Shown here piece by piece: positions 36,751 to 48,780 of a DNA stretch of 64,000 bases. This DNA comes from Squalus acanthias (lineage: Eukaryota). Position 1 is the first letter of the stretch, and every line of letters starts with the position of its first letter. The translations under genes were made by a program, and so were the position numbers. Location: contig CM059432.1 of the NCBI GenBank assembly GCA_030390025.1, positions 51,772,001-51,836,000 on the forward strand. The letters are read 5' to 3'. The notes under the pieces are model-generated. The model was not told where the DNA came from. It was given only the letters and a program-made list of their open reading frames with translations, and made no database searches.

Positions 36751-38497
36751 CAGCACATCTCCAGAGGTAAGATCGCGGCCCTTTTCTTTCCTCCGTCACC
36801 ATTATTAAGCCCCCAGAATTGTGCTCTATTTCTTAGTCAAAAGAATTCAGCCAGTGTCACTGTAGAATTAAAGGTGCTTTTTTTGCTTCCAGTCTGAGGA
36901 GAGTGACTCTTCTCCTTTTATATCGGTAAACCAGCTGGGCTGCACTATGTAATATATAGATGTGGTTGCAGATATGTGAGTCTGGCTCCCCATATTTAAC
37001 GTGTATGGCCAGAGGCACCTGACCAGATAACAGACTTGCAGATCCACATGGGTCTATGATGCCATTAGTTCTCTGCAAGTCAAGTTGTTTATGCTTAGGA
37101 ATATAGGTAATGGAGGGAGAACTGTGCTTTTGTTATTAGCTACATTCTTCTGATGTAAAAGTGTCTCATTTTTAACATTAAAGGTATTATATAAAAACAA
37201 GTTGCTATTATTATCATCATTATTAATAATGAGATACATAAAGTGACTTGGCCTGATTTTGACCTCTTTTGCTATGATGCCTTCCCTCCTACGGATAGCC
37301 TTCTATTGATCTGTAGTGCAGAATGTTGGTGCACAAACGCATTGTAGTTCTGATTGTGCACAAGCTGAAAGATGAGATAATCACTGTAATAATGATTTAA
37401 AAAAATGTGAGCAATGTATTAAAATACAATCCTGGCTCTCAGTGGGGTCCTGGAAAATGACATAACTGCTACAATGAATTAGATGACATGCAACAACTCG
37501 TGCATCAAATACATCTGAGCGTACTTCCCTCCAAATAAACCATAGTGGTGCATTTAGGAAATGCAATTTTGATTGGAAGAATGTTCTGCCATATAAAAAG
37601 CAATAAAAAATCAGCCCAGGTCACGGACCTTTTAGTTCCAGTAAATTTTAGTAGGAAAATGCTCTTATCTTTCAGCAATGTAATATTTCAGTCTTTAATT
37701 CTTTGAATTTTTTTCTTTGTTAAAAGCAAAGATGGCTATTAGCATAGAGCATGAATAATGGCTGTGTATAAAAATACTGTGTGTGTAATGATGTGCATAA
37801 ATTAATGGCTGCATACTCCAATATATCTGCAGGCAAACATCAGATGCACCATCTGCATCTGTCAAGTCTATATTCTAAAAGTTAGCTACCAATTGCCGCA
37901 TCAATATATTTTCCAAATTACAAAAACCTTAATTTGGTTACGTAAGCTGTTTATAGGCTCAATGAGTTGGAGAAAACACAATTAGGTATTATTTAGACAT
38001 ATATGAGAAAAATATTCATTTTCTCTACACATCAAATTGGGATGTTTGTAAATATGAAAAATCAAAGCAAGAAATATATGTTGTAGATTTTCTGTTGCAT
38101 TACTTTTACAAATGAAGGAAATGTCTTTTGTCACAGCACGTTTACCTGGAGATAACATTTGGAATTCAGATTAGTAAAAGTAACCATGTTTGGTTTTTAT
38201 TACAATTACTTTGGTATCAATAGTACAATAATAATCATAATGAGACCCTTGTATGAAAATCTACCTAATAATGTCTCCCTGCTTCGGATGACATGGGCAC
38301 CTTTGATAATTATGTAATGCCCTTTAAGCATAACTATTGATGTTAGTAGATCAAATCAAGGTATGACTTTGTAAACCATTGCATGAACAGAATCTATCAC
38401 GAATGAAGCATCAATTAAAATAATAAGTAAATAAGTAAGTAGGGAACTAGCAAAAGTATGAAGTGGAAGTATTATTTGTACAGTTTGTAAAGAGATT

Positions 38498-39386
38498 GGG
38501 GGAGAAATTCAGTATCGCCCCATTTGGGGCGCAATTATCGGCCGGGCACAAAGATTAGCGCCTGGCGCTAATTATCGCCACCGACAGCAAACTTAACTTT
38601 TATCGCCCCTGGAGGTGATTGGAGTGCTAAATCAGGGGCTTCACACCTGTCTTAAGGCGCAAAGGCCGAGGAGCGAGGTGCTACCTCAGAGCGCTGGTGA
38701 AGCTCATGTGATGTCAGTCAGCAATGGAACACACACACAATGGCGCGGGCCAGCTCTTAAAGGGTAGGGTTGATCTTGCTTTCCATCCACATCCTGCTCA
38801 TTGCAGCCTTGAATCTCGGCCTGGAGTGACCTGCACATCAAATCTGCTGGAAAGAACAATGGAGAGTACCAGGGAAAGAGCTCAGAGTGCAGCCCCCACA
38901 GTCTCTTCTAAATTGATACAAGGAAGGGCAAATCATAATGACCTTCAAAGTGCTGCTCAGTACCCAAAACTCCTTCACACAGCGTTGAATCTCTCCAGAA
39001 GTCTCTCTCGCCATCTCTCAAAGCATGGTTCAAAAATGTCACCAACAATAAAAGGCAGGAAGCAGTCGCCTTTAAATAGCGCTCCCCCAGTCCCTTCCTG
39101 ACTGCAAAACGCTCCCTCAACCTGTCATTGTTAGCGGCAGGCGGTAAGGCAGGGGGCGCCACTCAATATCCGCTCTGGGGCGATACCGGGGCGTTGCGCA
39201 CTCGACTGACGTCATGATCTGCCGGCGCAGGAGATCGTGGCGGTAGTGTTTAGCGCCGCCGCAAAATGTCTAGTAAATTTCGTGAGCGGCGCAAACATCA
39301 CCGCGCCCAGGCGCTAGATGCTTTGCGCCCCATTAGCGCCCTCTTAAGGCGCTAACAGGAGGCGCAACCAAGTGAATTTTTCCCCC
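38498..39386. mobile_element. Harbinger-type MITE family A copy
   Basis: TIRs GGGGGAGAAATTCA / TGAATTTTTCCCCC, TSD ATT. Confidence 0.9.
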
Positions 39387-40039
39387 ATTATCTTTCTATG
39401 TCTTGAAACTATAACACAATTTTTCCCTCCGGAAGTTTTCCTTCTTTTGTTGGTTGGTAGGGACTGTTTATTGAATGACTCAGACTTAAGATACTTCTAC
39501 TATTCTTGAGCCTTCACCTCCAGATGTGAATTATCGTGAGCTCCTAAATTACAGGCTTTAATTTTGAACTGCTAGAGACGGAGAATATCTATGTTATAGT
39601 TGTGACTTAGTGACAAGCGCTCGTAGGTCAACGCCAAAATGCTACTTTATGAATCCATATTGATCAATATGGTACTAAAAAGCTGAGGTCTTTTGATTTG
39701 ATTTAACTCAGATGGTCCAGCAAAGTCTAGTGCAATTTCTCACTAGAAATGAGCAGATCAAAAGGTCATAGACATAATATTGATTTTAGAAAGGTCAGAC
39801 TTTGTGAATCATACCAGCAACACTTATAGACTTGAACCAAACCTGATGTTATAACAGTATGTGACCAGTTTGCAGGCTAAGGGTTGTAGCTTAGTTTTTC
39901 AGTTTTAGAAAGGAACTTCTTCAGTTAGAGGTAGAAATATATCACTCTTTAGAAATGTTAGAATCTTAACATCTTTGAGCAATTTTCCAGTAAACACCTT
40001 AAAAGAGCCTATGAAAAAGCTAATAGCAAGTTATTCCAA

Positions 40040-40400
40040 AGGCCGAGCACTTAAAGGCACTGCCCAGTGAGGTACAAAAGTTATGCAGACCAAAAAGTCC
40101 CAGTTTCGATTCCTGATCTGTGCTGAGTTAGCTAGTTTAAACTGGGGTATCAGTTAGGGTGGCACAATTGGGCTCCGCTCTCTTTAGTATGCTAGGGAGC
40201 AGAAAAATCAACCAACATCCCCACTTCGAATTGCTTACCATTGAGGCTTGCTGGAAAGGGTGAGTTGGTGTATATTTGTTGAGAACTTATCAGTCTTTGC
40301 CATGAGGCCCTCCAGAGCGAATAAATCTGCAACACTCCCTTGAGTGAGACTATTGTCAAACATGGAACCGTATCCCATCAAGAATGAAGAAGAGAAAATA
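40040..40400 (+). mobile_element. Degenerate tRNA-derived SINE
   Basis: B-box-like TTTCGATTCC followed by TCTGTGCTGAGTTAGCT; heavily decayed. Confidence 0.45.
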
Positions 40401-41580
40401 GCAGGAAGAAAAAAAACTTCTGAAATGCTGCCAGCTCCTTATGTGATTTGCCAGCAATATCCACTTGTTCTGTTTAACTACATTTCAAAAATGCACGATA
40501 ACAAGTGTTTTTTTCTTCTCTCTATCTTTTTTACCGTGGCTGCTGGTTGGTATCAGAAATGCCACATTTCTGTCATTTATTTAAATTTTATCAGGCCATA
40601 TCTGATTTTCAATTTTTTTGAGGGTGTATAAATTAATTACAAATGATGTAATTGCGTGAAATGCTGTGGGACAATTCAACATGATAAGATGATATACAAA
40701 TGCAAGCATTATTATTTATAAATTATTAAATTGATGAGAGGAAAAATAGAAATAAAATTTTAGATGTGCATTCACAGTAAAAAGAGGATTCATATTTTAG
40801 CTTCTTTTAAGTTATAATGCTTAACTTTTTAAAACCTTAATGAAAACTTCAGTTGTTGAGTAACACAGATTTGTAGATTCTTTGTTATATTTGTTTATCC
40901 ATATCTTACATGAATAACAATAATGGAATTATTACCAATAAAAGCAGTTGGTGCTATGTCTATTAACTGAGTTGAATAGAAGAGGTGTGAGATGGATAGA
41001 TATTCTGCAATTTTGCTTAATTACTTTTATGGTCATGGAATATTTAACAGTCTTCAGTAGGGTAGATTGTATATGGTCTGAGGAAGGAATGCCCTTGATG
41101 GAGCAAATTGTCTTTTCTGGTTCTAGGCTTTCTCATCTTAAATAAATATCAACAGAGGGAATATAAAGGGTGAATTCACCCTTTGTGATCAATATCTCCT
41201 TCTACAGCAATATGATCAATATCCCCTTCTACAGCAATGAGAAATGAAGATGTTAGATATTTATATTCCTATACACTGTTCTTATATGCTCAAAGAACTT
41301 ACCTCACTTGCCTCTCAAAAGGCTAAAGGCATAAAGGAAAATATTAACACCAAGCAGAATACCTTTGTTTTGTGCTTGAGAGCAAATTAAAGCAGCAGAG
41401 CATGGAGAATTGCCAATGTAGATTTGTCAAAACTCATGTCCTTTTTGTTTCACTTAATGTCAGTTATTTTGATATAAGAGGATTTGCTTGTCACAAAATT
41501 TAGTCTTTGACAGAAGCCCTTATGAAAAAATCCTCATGGAAGCAGAGTTAATTCTATTAATTGATCAAATGCCACAAACA

Positions 41581-42255
41581 GGCCAGTTTTCACCCCCTTC
41601 CCCCATTCATTGGAGAACAGGGCGATTGTGCAATGCAAATGGCAGCACAGCACTTAACATCCCATTCCTCGGTCACTACCATTTTGGAGGGAGTCCTTGA
41701 AATGGGTGGCCCGGCCTTCCACCAAGAACAGATGAGAGGCTGTGCAAATTAGCCCATGCAAATGAGGGTCCTATGACTCTGAAGTACCAATAGACGGAGT
41801 GTGCACCACACATGCTCTGCCCATTGGTACTTGGTATAGAGTAGCCTAACCAGCGGTCCTTAAATGGATCCATGCAGACCGTTCAAAAAAAAAGTGTTTT
41901 AATAAAGGTTGTTAGATAGTTTTTGTGGGACTAGGAGAAGCGTTAATGCTCTTACTGGACCCAGAAAATTTGACCTCAAGCCTCCCCCCAGATGCTCAAC
42001 CCGCTGCAGCCCTCCCTCCGAATCATCTCCCCCACCTTTAACTTACTGGCACTACCTGAGCTCCATGATGGAGTCACCAGATTTCCCATCACCTCCCATC
42101 GGTGAGCTGCTCCAAAAGTATGAGCATTTCACCAGCAGAATGCTATTGACCGCGAACCATGTAAAGGATCGGGCCTATAACCATGACCATAGGGCAGGTA
42201 GCAGGCTCACTCCACCCACTTCCATCCAATGGAAGCGGTCACTTGAAAATCAAAC
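41581..42255. mobile_element. Old Harbinger-type MITE related to 8570-9063
   Basis: Shares the GTACCAAT..ATTGGTAC hairpin segment in the opposite orientation; degenerate TIRs. Confidence 0.5.
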
Positions 42256-42954
42256 TGAATTTTTAGGATTTATTTATTCTTATGGTTTCATTTTTTCTGT
42301 TTATATAAAGTTGCCTTTGCCTTTGTCTACCAAGCATAATTGTGGCCAATACTATTTTATTGCATTACTTTATACTTGGCTCTAAAAGCTGCAGAGGGAA
42401 ATGGAGGAAAAATCTGTCTGGTGGATAACAGTACAAAAACTGCAGTCTCATCTGCACTTCCCTGAAAATATTCAGTTTGACATTTCGATAAGGTGGGTAG
42501 GAGTCCATGTATCATAACAATCTGACAAGCCAGAACATTCCATTTTTCTATGATATGTCTTTTCAGTTGCCACACTGACAACTGTAATATCAGGACTGGA
42601 TAAATCAAAGTAGGTTCAACATGGTTATCTATAGAATTAATCTTTATGAATGATAATTCCTTTTTTATATTAACTTGCTGCTCTTTTCAAATGTTATTGA
42701 TAGGAGCTTTTACTATTTCTACGTAGATATATATAGTGTTCATGAGTGGAATGGAAAAGATCCATAACTCAAGATGGTCATGCAGCATGCTGTCACTGAG
42801 ATGTTCTCTTTATGTTACGGTTTGGAGTTGTGTTATAACACATTTCTTTGCACTCTTGGTTGTATTTTTACTATGAAAAGATGACAACGGGAACAAAACT
42901 GACAGCATGACCAAACGTGACTCCCAAAATTGCTCCTCGGGGCTCATTTCAATA

Positions 42955-42971
42955 TCAGCCGTGGCTCAGTT

Positions 42972-43012
<41 letters not shown>

Positions 43013-43421
43013 GTCTCACTCCAGATACTTGAGCACAAAAATCTAGGCTGACACTCCAGTGCAGTGCTGAGGGAGCGCTACACTGTCGGAGGTGCCGTCT
43101 TTCGGATGAGATGTTAAACCGAGGCCCCCTCTGCTCTCAGGTGGACCTAAACGATCCCATGGCACTGTTTCGAAGAAGAGCAGGGGTGTTATCCCCGGTG
43201 TCCTGCCCAATATTTATCCCTCAATCAACATCACTAAAACAGATTATCTGATCAGTATCACATTGCTGTTTGTGGAAGCTTGCTGTGCGCGAATTGGCTT
43301 CCGCATTTCCTACATTACAACAGTGACTACACTCCAAAAAGTACTTCATTGGCCGTAAAGCGCTTTGAGACATCCTGAGGTCATGAAAGGCGCTACATAA
43401 ATGCAAGTTTTTCTTTTTTTT
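42955..43421 (+). mobile_element. Full-length DeuSINE (SacSINE1-like)
   Basis: Box A TGGCTCAGTTGG, box B GGTTCAAGTC, Deu domain (GGTGCCGTCTTTCGGATGAGATGTTAAACCGAGG), L2-like tail GGCGCTACATAAATGCAAG. Confidence 0.92.
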
Positions 43422-44224
43422 TCTATTACCGGTGAGTTGCCGACGCCTGTCATGCCTCCAGAGGCAGCTCGCCAATTTTAAGATTTCCAATTTGGGCCGG
43501 CTGCCTCGCCAGCAGTGACCCTCAAGTGGGTCGTTGTGGGAGTGGGGAGGGGATGGAGGAGAATGGGAGGGTGGCTGGCGTAAACTGGCAGCAGCTCTCC
43601 AGAGTTACCTGGAGACAGGAGGAGCATTCCAACTGCTGAAAATCTGAGCGTAAATGCAAAACTGAGATTTCAACTTGGGTTTTCTAGTTGAGCTTCTAAA
43701 GTTCAGCATTGTAGATAGCAAGCTTTCCTGATCTGAATTGCTTCAACTGGATGGTGGTATCTTAGCCTGCTGTCTCTATTCATTCTGGCACACTTCATTG
43801 AACTGGTAACCATTAAATGATAGTTCACTTAACTGCACCATTGCAGAAAGTATTTATTGTTAAAATATTTCTGACTTAGTTAATGAAATGAACTACCTTT
43901 TACAAAATTTACTGAAAATTACAATATTTTTATGAGTATGACAGTTGTCTTAATAACCTTTTTGTAGTTTAAAGGGAAAATATATCATTTTATGAATGAT
44001 AGTTCAACAATTCAATGTGTACAAATATAACCATATAAATGATGAATCTGGACCCATGCGATGAATGCTGGTAATAATTTGTCTGACTGCAGTTTATCAG
44101 GGAAATAACCTTTTCAAAATGTTCTGAAAGTTATTATTCAGAATTTTTAGAAATGCTTTATAATTATTGTTAGGAAACTTCCTAAAATGTAATATACTGT
44201 TTACATTCTCTGAAGTATTCTCAG

Positions 44225-47200
44225 CCCAATGACTTTCCCACCATCATAAGGTCAGAAGTGGGGCGATTGACAGATGATTCCACAGTGTTCAATTCCATGC
44301 ACAACTCCTCCAGAAATGAAGTAGCCCATGCCTACAGGACCTGGACAACACCCAGGCTTGAGCTGGCATGCACTGCATAACTGCTAGGCAATGACCATCT
44401 CCAACAAGAAAAGACCCAACCACCTGCCCCTGACCTTCAGTCACACTAGCATCACTGAGACCCCCACCATCAATATCCTGGCATCACCATTCACCAGAAA
44501 CTCAACTGGACCAACCACATAAATGCTGTGGCTAGTAGAGCAGGCCAGAGGCTGGATCATCTTCTGACTCCACAAAGCCTTTCTACCACCTACAGGGCAC
44601 AAGTCAGGAATGTGATGGAATACTCTCCACTTGTCTGGATGGGTCCAGCTGCAACAACACTCAATAAGCTTGACAATAAGCAACGGGAATGGTAGCATAG
44701 TGGTAATGTCACTGGGCTAGTAATCCAGTAGGCCTGGACTAATGATCCAGAGACGTGAGTTCAAATCCCCACCACGTGCAGCTGGGGAATTAAATGAATC
44801 TGGAATAAAAAGCTAGTATCAGTAATGGTAACCATGAAACTATCGGATTGTCATAAAAAGCCATCTGGTTCACTTTAGGGGAGGAAATCTGCTGTTCTTT
44901 TCTGGTCTGGCCTATATGTGACTCTAGACCCACAGCAATATGGTTGACTCTGAAATGGCCTAGCAAGCCACGAAACACAACAATAAAAATGAAACCGGAT
45001 GGACCACCCAGCATTGACCTCGGCACTGGCTATGGACATGGCAACGGCACACCCAGCCCAGTTGACCCTGCAAAGTCCTCCTCAACAGCCTGACTGAGTC
45101 ATACTCACAAAATTATATCTTTCAGCCGATGTCCCAAACTCCACCATCACCATCCCTGGGTATGTCCTGTCCCACCGGCTGATGAATCAGTACTCCTCCA
45201 TGTTGAACACCACTTGGAAGAAGCACAGAATGTACTCTGAGTGGGGGACTTCAATGCCCATCACCAAGAGTGGCTCGGTAGCACCACCACTGGCTGAGTC
45301 CTGAAGGACATAGCTGCCAGTCTGGGCCTGCGACAGGTGGAGAGAGAACCAACACGAGGGAAAAACCTACTTGACCTCGTCCTCAGCAATCTACCAGTCG
45401 CAGATGCATCTGTCCATGAGAGCATTGGTAGCAGTGACCACCGCGCAGTCATTGTGGAAACAAAGTCCTGTCTTCACACTGAGGACACCCTCCATCGTGT
45501 TGTGTGGCACTACCACCATGCTAAATGGGATAGATTCACAACAGACCAACAGCTCAAAACTGGACATCCATGAGGCGCTGTGGGGCAGCAGCAGAATTGT
45601 ATTCCACCACAATCTGTAACCTCATGGCTCGGCATATCCCTCACTCTACCATTACCATCAAGCCAGAGGACCAACCCTGGTTCAATAAGGAGTGTAGAAG
45701 AGCATGCCAGGAACAGCACCAGGCATACCTAAAAATAAGCTGTCAACCTGGGGAAGCTGCAACACAGGACTACATGCATTCTAAAAAGCGGAAGCAGCAT
45801 GCTATAGACAGGGCTAAGCGATCCCACAATCAACAGATCAGATCAAAGCTCTGCAGTCCTGCCACATTCAGTCATGAATGGTGGTGGACCATTAAACAAC
45901 TAACAGGAGGAGGAGGCTCCATGAATAGCCCCATCCTCAATGATGGTGGAGCCCAGCACGTGAGTGCAAAAGACAAGGCTGAAGCGTTTGCAACCATCTT
46001 CAGCCAGAAGTGCCGAGTAGATGATCCATATCGGCCTACTCCTGAGGTCCTCACCATCACAGAAGCCAGTCTTCAGCCAATTCAATTCACTCCACGTGAT
46101 ATCAAGAAACGGCTGAGCGCACTGAATACAGCAAAGGCTATGGGCCCCGACAACATCCCGGCTATCGTGCTGAAGACTTGTGCTCCAGAACTAGCCACGC
46201 CTCTAGCCAAGCTGTTCCAGTACAGCTACAACACTGGCATCTATCCGACAATGTGGAAAACTGCCCAGGTAGGTCCTGTCCACAAAAAGCAGGACAAATC
46301 CAACTCGGCCAATTACTGCCCCATCAGTCTACTCTCAATAATCAGCAACGTGAGGAAGGTGTCATCAATAGTGCTATCAAGCGGCACCTGCTCACTGATG
46401 CCCAGTTTAGGTTCCGCCAAGACCACTTGGCTCCCGACCTCATTACAGCCTTGGTCCAAACATGGACAAAGGAGCTGAATTCCAGAGGTGAGGTGAGAGT
46501 GACTGCCCTTTCAGGCAGCATTTCACCGAGTGTGGCATCAAGGAGCCCTACTAAAACTGAAGTCAATGGGAATCAGGGGGAAAACTTTCCACTGGCTGGA
46601 GTCATACCTAGCACAAAGGAAGATGGTTGTGGTGGTTGAAGGTCAATCATCACAGCCTCAGGACATCACTGCAGGAGTTCCTCAGGGCAGTGTCCTAGGC
46701 CCAACCATCTTCAGCTGCTTCATCAATGACCTATCCTCCAACGTAAGGTCAGAAATGGGGATGTTCGCTGATGACTGCACAGTGTTCAGCACCATTCACA
46801 ACTCCTCAGATAATGAAGCAGTCCATGCCCGCATGCAACAAGACCTGGACGATGTTCAGGCTTGGGCTGATAAGTGGCAGGTAACATTCGAGCCACAGAA
46901 GTCCCAGGCAATGACTATCTCCAACAAACGAGAGTCTAACCACCACCACCTTGATGTTCAATGGCATTACCATCACCGAATCCCCCATCAACATCTTGGG
47001 GGTCACCATTGACCAGAAACTTAACTGGACCAGCCACATAAATACTGTGGCAACAAGAGCAGGTCAGAGGCTAGGTATTCTGCAGCAAGTGTCTCACCTC
47101 CTGACTCCCCAAAGCCTTTCCACCATCTACAAGGCACAAGTAAGGAGTGTGATGGAATACTCTCCACTTGCCTGGATGAGTGCAGCTCCAACAACACTCA

Positions 47201-48040
47201 AGAAGCTCGACACCATCCAGGACAAAGCAGCCCGCTTGATTGGTACCCCATCCACCACCTTAAACATTCACTCCTTCCACCACCAGCGCACCATGGCTGC
47301 AGTGTGTACCATCTACAAGATGCACTGCAGCAACTCATCAAGGCTTCTTCGGCATCACCTCCCAAACCTGCGACCTCTTCCACCTAGAAGGACAAGGGCA
47401 GCAGGTGCATGGGAACATCACCACCTCCAAGTTCCCCTCCAAGTCACACACCATCCTGATTTAGAAGTATATCGCCATTCCTTCATCGTCGCTGGGTCAT
47501 AATTCTGGAATTCCCTACCTAACAGCACTGTGGGAGTACCTTCACCACACGGACTGCAGCAGTTCAAGAATGTGGCTCACCACCACCTTCTCAAGGGCAA
47601 TTAGGGATGGGCAATAAATGCTGGCCTTGCCAGCGACGCCCACATCCCATAAATGAATAAAAAATAAATCATTTAATCAGTGCTCTTGTCACTGGACTGA
47701 ATATCCAACCCTTCCACCACCAGCATACTGTGGCTGCAGTATGTACTATCTACAGGATGCACTGCAGCAATTCACCAAGCTTACTTTGACAACGCCTTCC
47801 AGCCCCACCAATGATAAGAGCAGCAATATTACGGGAATAACATCACCTCCAAGGTGCTCGTCCTGATTTGGACATATACAAATCCTGAAATACCCTACCT
47901 AACACCATTGTGGGAGCACCATCAGCACAAGAAGTGCAGCAGTTTAAGGAAAAGGCCCACCACCATCTTCTCACAGCAACTACAGATGAACAATAAATGC
48001 AGCCTTTTCAGTGCCACGCACATCCCAAGAACAAATCATT
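44225..48040 (+). mobile_element. Older LINE copy (3' part) split by a younger relative
   Basis: 44225-44680 and 47670-48040 are collinear decayed counterparts of 46715-47665. Confidence 0.78.
44685..47668 (+). mobile_element. Non-LTR retrotransposon (AP endonuclease plus RT, CR1/Jockey-group-like) with tRNA-like 5' head
   Basis: Box A 44693, box B 44759; [35 protein letters not shown]; 3' end ...CATCCCATAAATGAATAAAAAAT. Confidence 0.9.
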
Positions 48041-48479
48041 AGTTCCCCATGTACGCTGTCACTTGCAAACGGGAGAGTATCTCATTTCAACACAATCTGG
48101 TTTGCAAATAACAATGTAAAATACTCTGTGAGAACTCTATTTTTTGGCTTTATCTATTTGTGCAGTCAAATGTAAGGTTCCATCTAAAACAGTTGCCCTT
48201 CTTTCTCTTTAAGATGTGATTGACTTGCTGTGCATTTTCAGCACTTTTATTTCAGTTGCCCAGTGTTAACAATTTTCCTTGGACATATGACTTCAGAAGA
48301 ATTTGATTGCAGTGAGATTTAAATGCAATGGGGTAGAAGTTCTATTTGATCTCCTGCTATAACTTCAGTGGAATATCACCAGAAACCCTGGCAAAAAAGG
48401 GGTTTCCACCAACATTCCCTCTAAGCCGGTCCCGCGTAACCCAGGACTGGCTTTTTCAATAATAACCTCGTAACCTCGG

Positions 48480-48780
48480 CCCCTATCACATTTATATTTT
48501 ATTTTTTCATCCACCCTTTTGTTTGGCCCCCCCTTTTTTTTCCTCCCAGAAGCTGGCAGCTGTCCTTCATTCTGCCAGTGCATTTCACACTTCATTTAGC
48601 CTCAACCTGTCACATTAACACCTCCTCTTGCCTTGATTATCTCTTAATGTCTCTCAATGTCTCTTAATCTCTCCTTTTGTTCATTCATCCCCTCCCCCTT
48701 TTCCCAGCTTTATACTTGCTTTAAATCTATTTCATTTCCTGCTTTTTTCCAGTTCTGACGAAAGGTCTTCGCCCTGAAAC
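48480..48780 (+). mobile_element. Penelope-like terminal fragment ending in a truncated hammerhead core
   Basis: Pyrimidine-rich tract then GTT-CTGACGA-AAGGTCTTCGCCCT-GAAAC (48752-48780); same motif as 8495-8528. Confidence 0.6.

Noticed and set aside
36760..38480. Short ORFs in AT-rich unique sequence (also 48900-51300 and 52300-53800)
   Set aside because: No domain motifs or splice-consistent structure; consistent with intronic or intergenic DNA
42955..43030. tRNA gene
   Set aside because: It is the head of a DeuSINE, continuous with the Deu domain and tail
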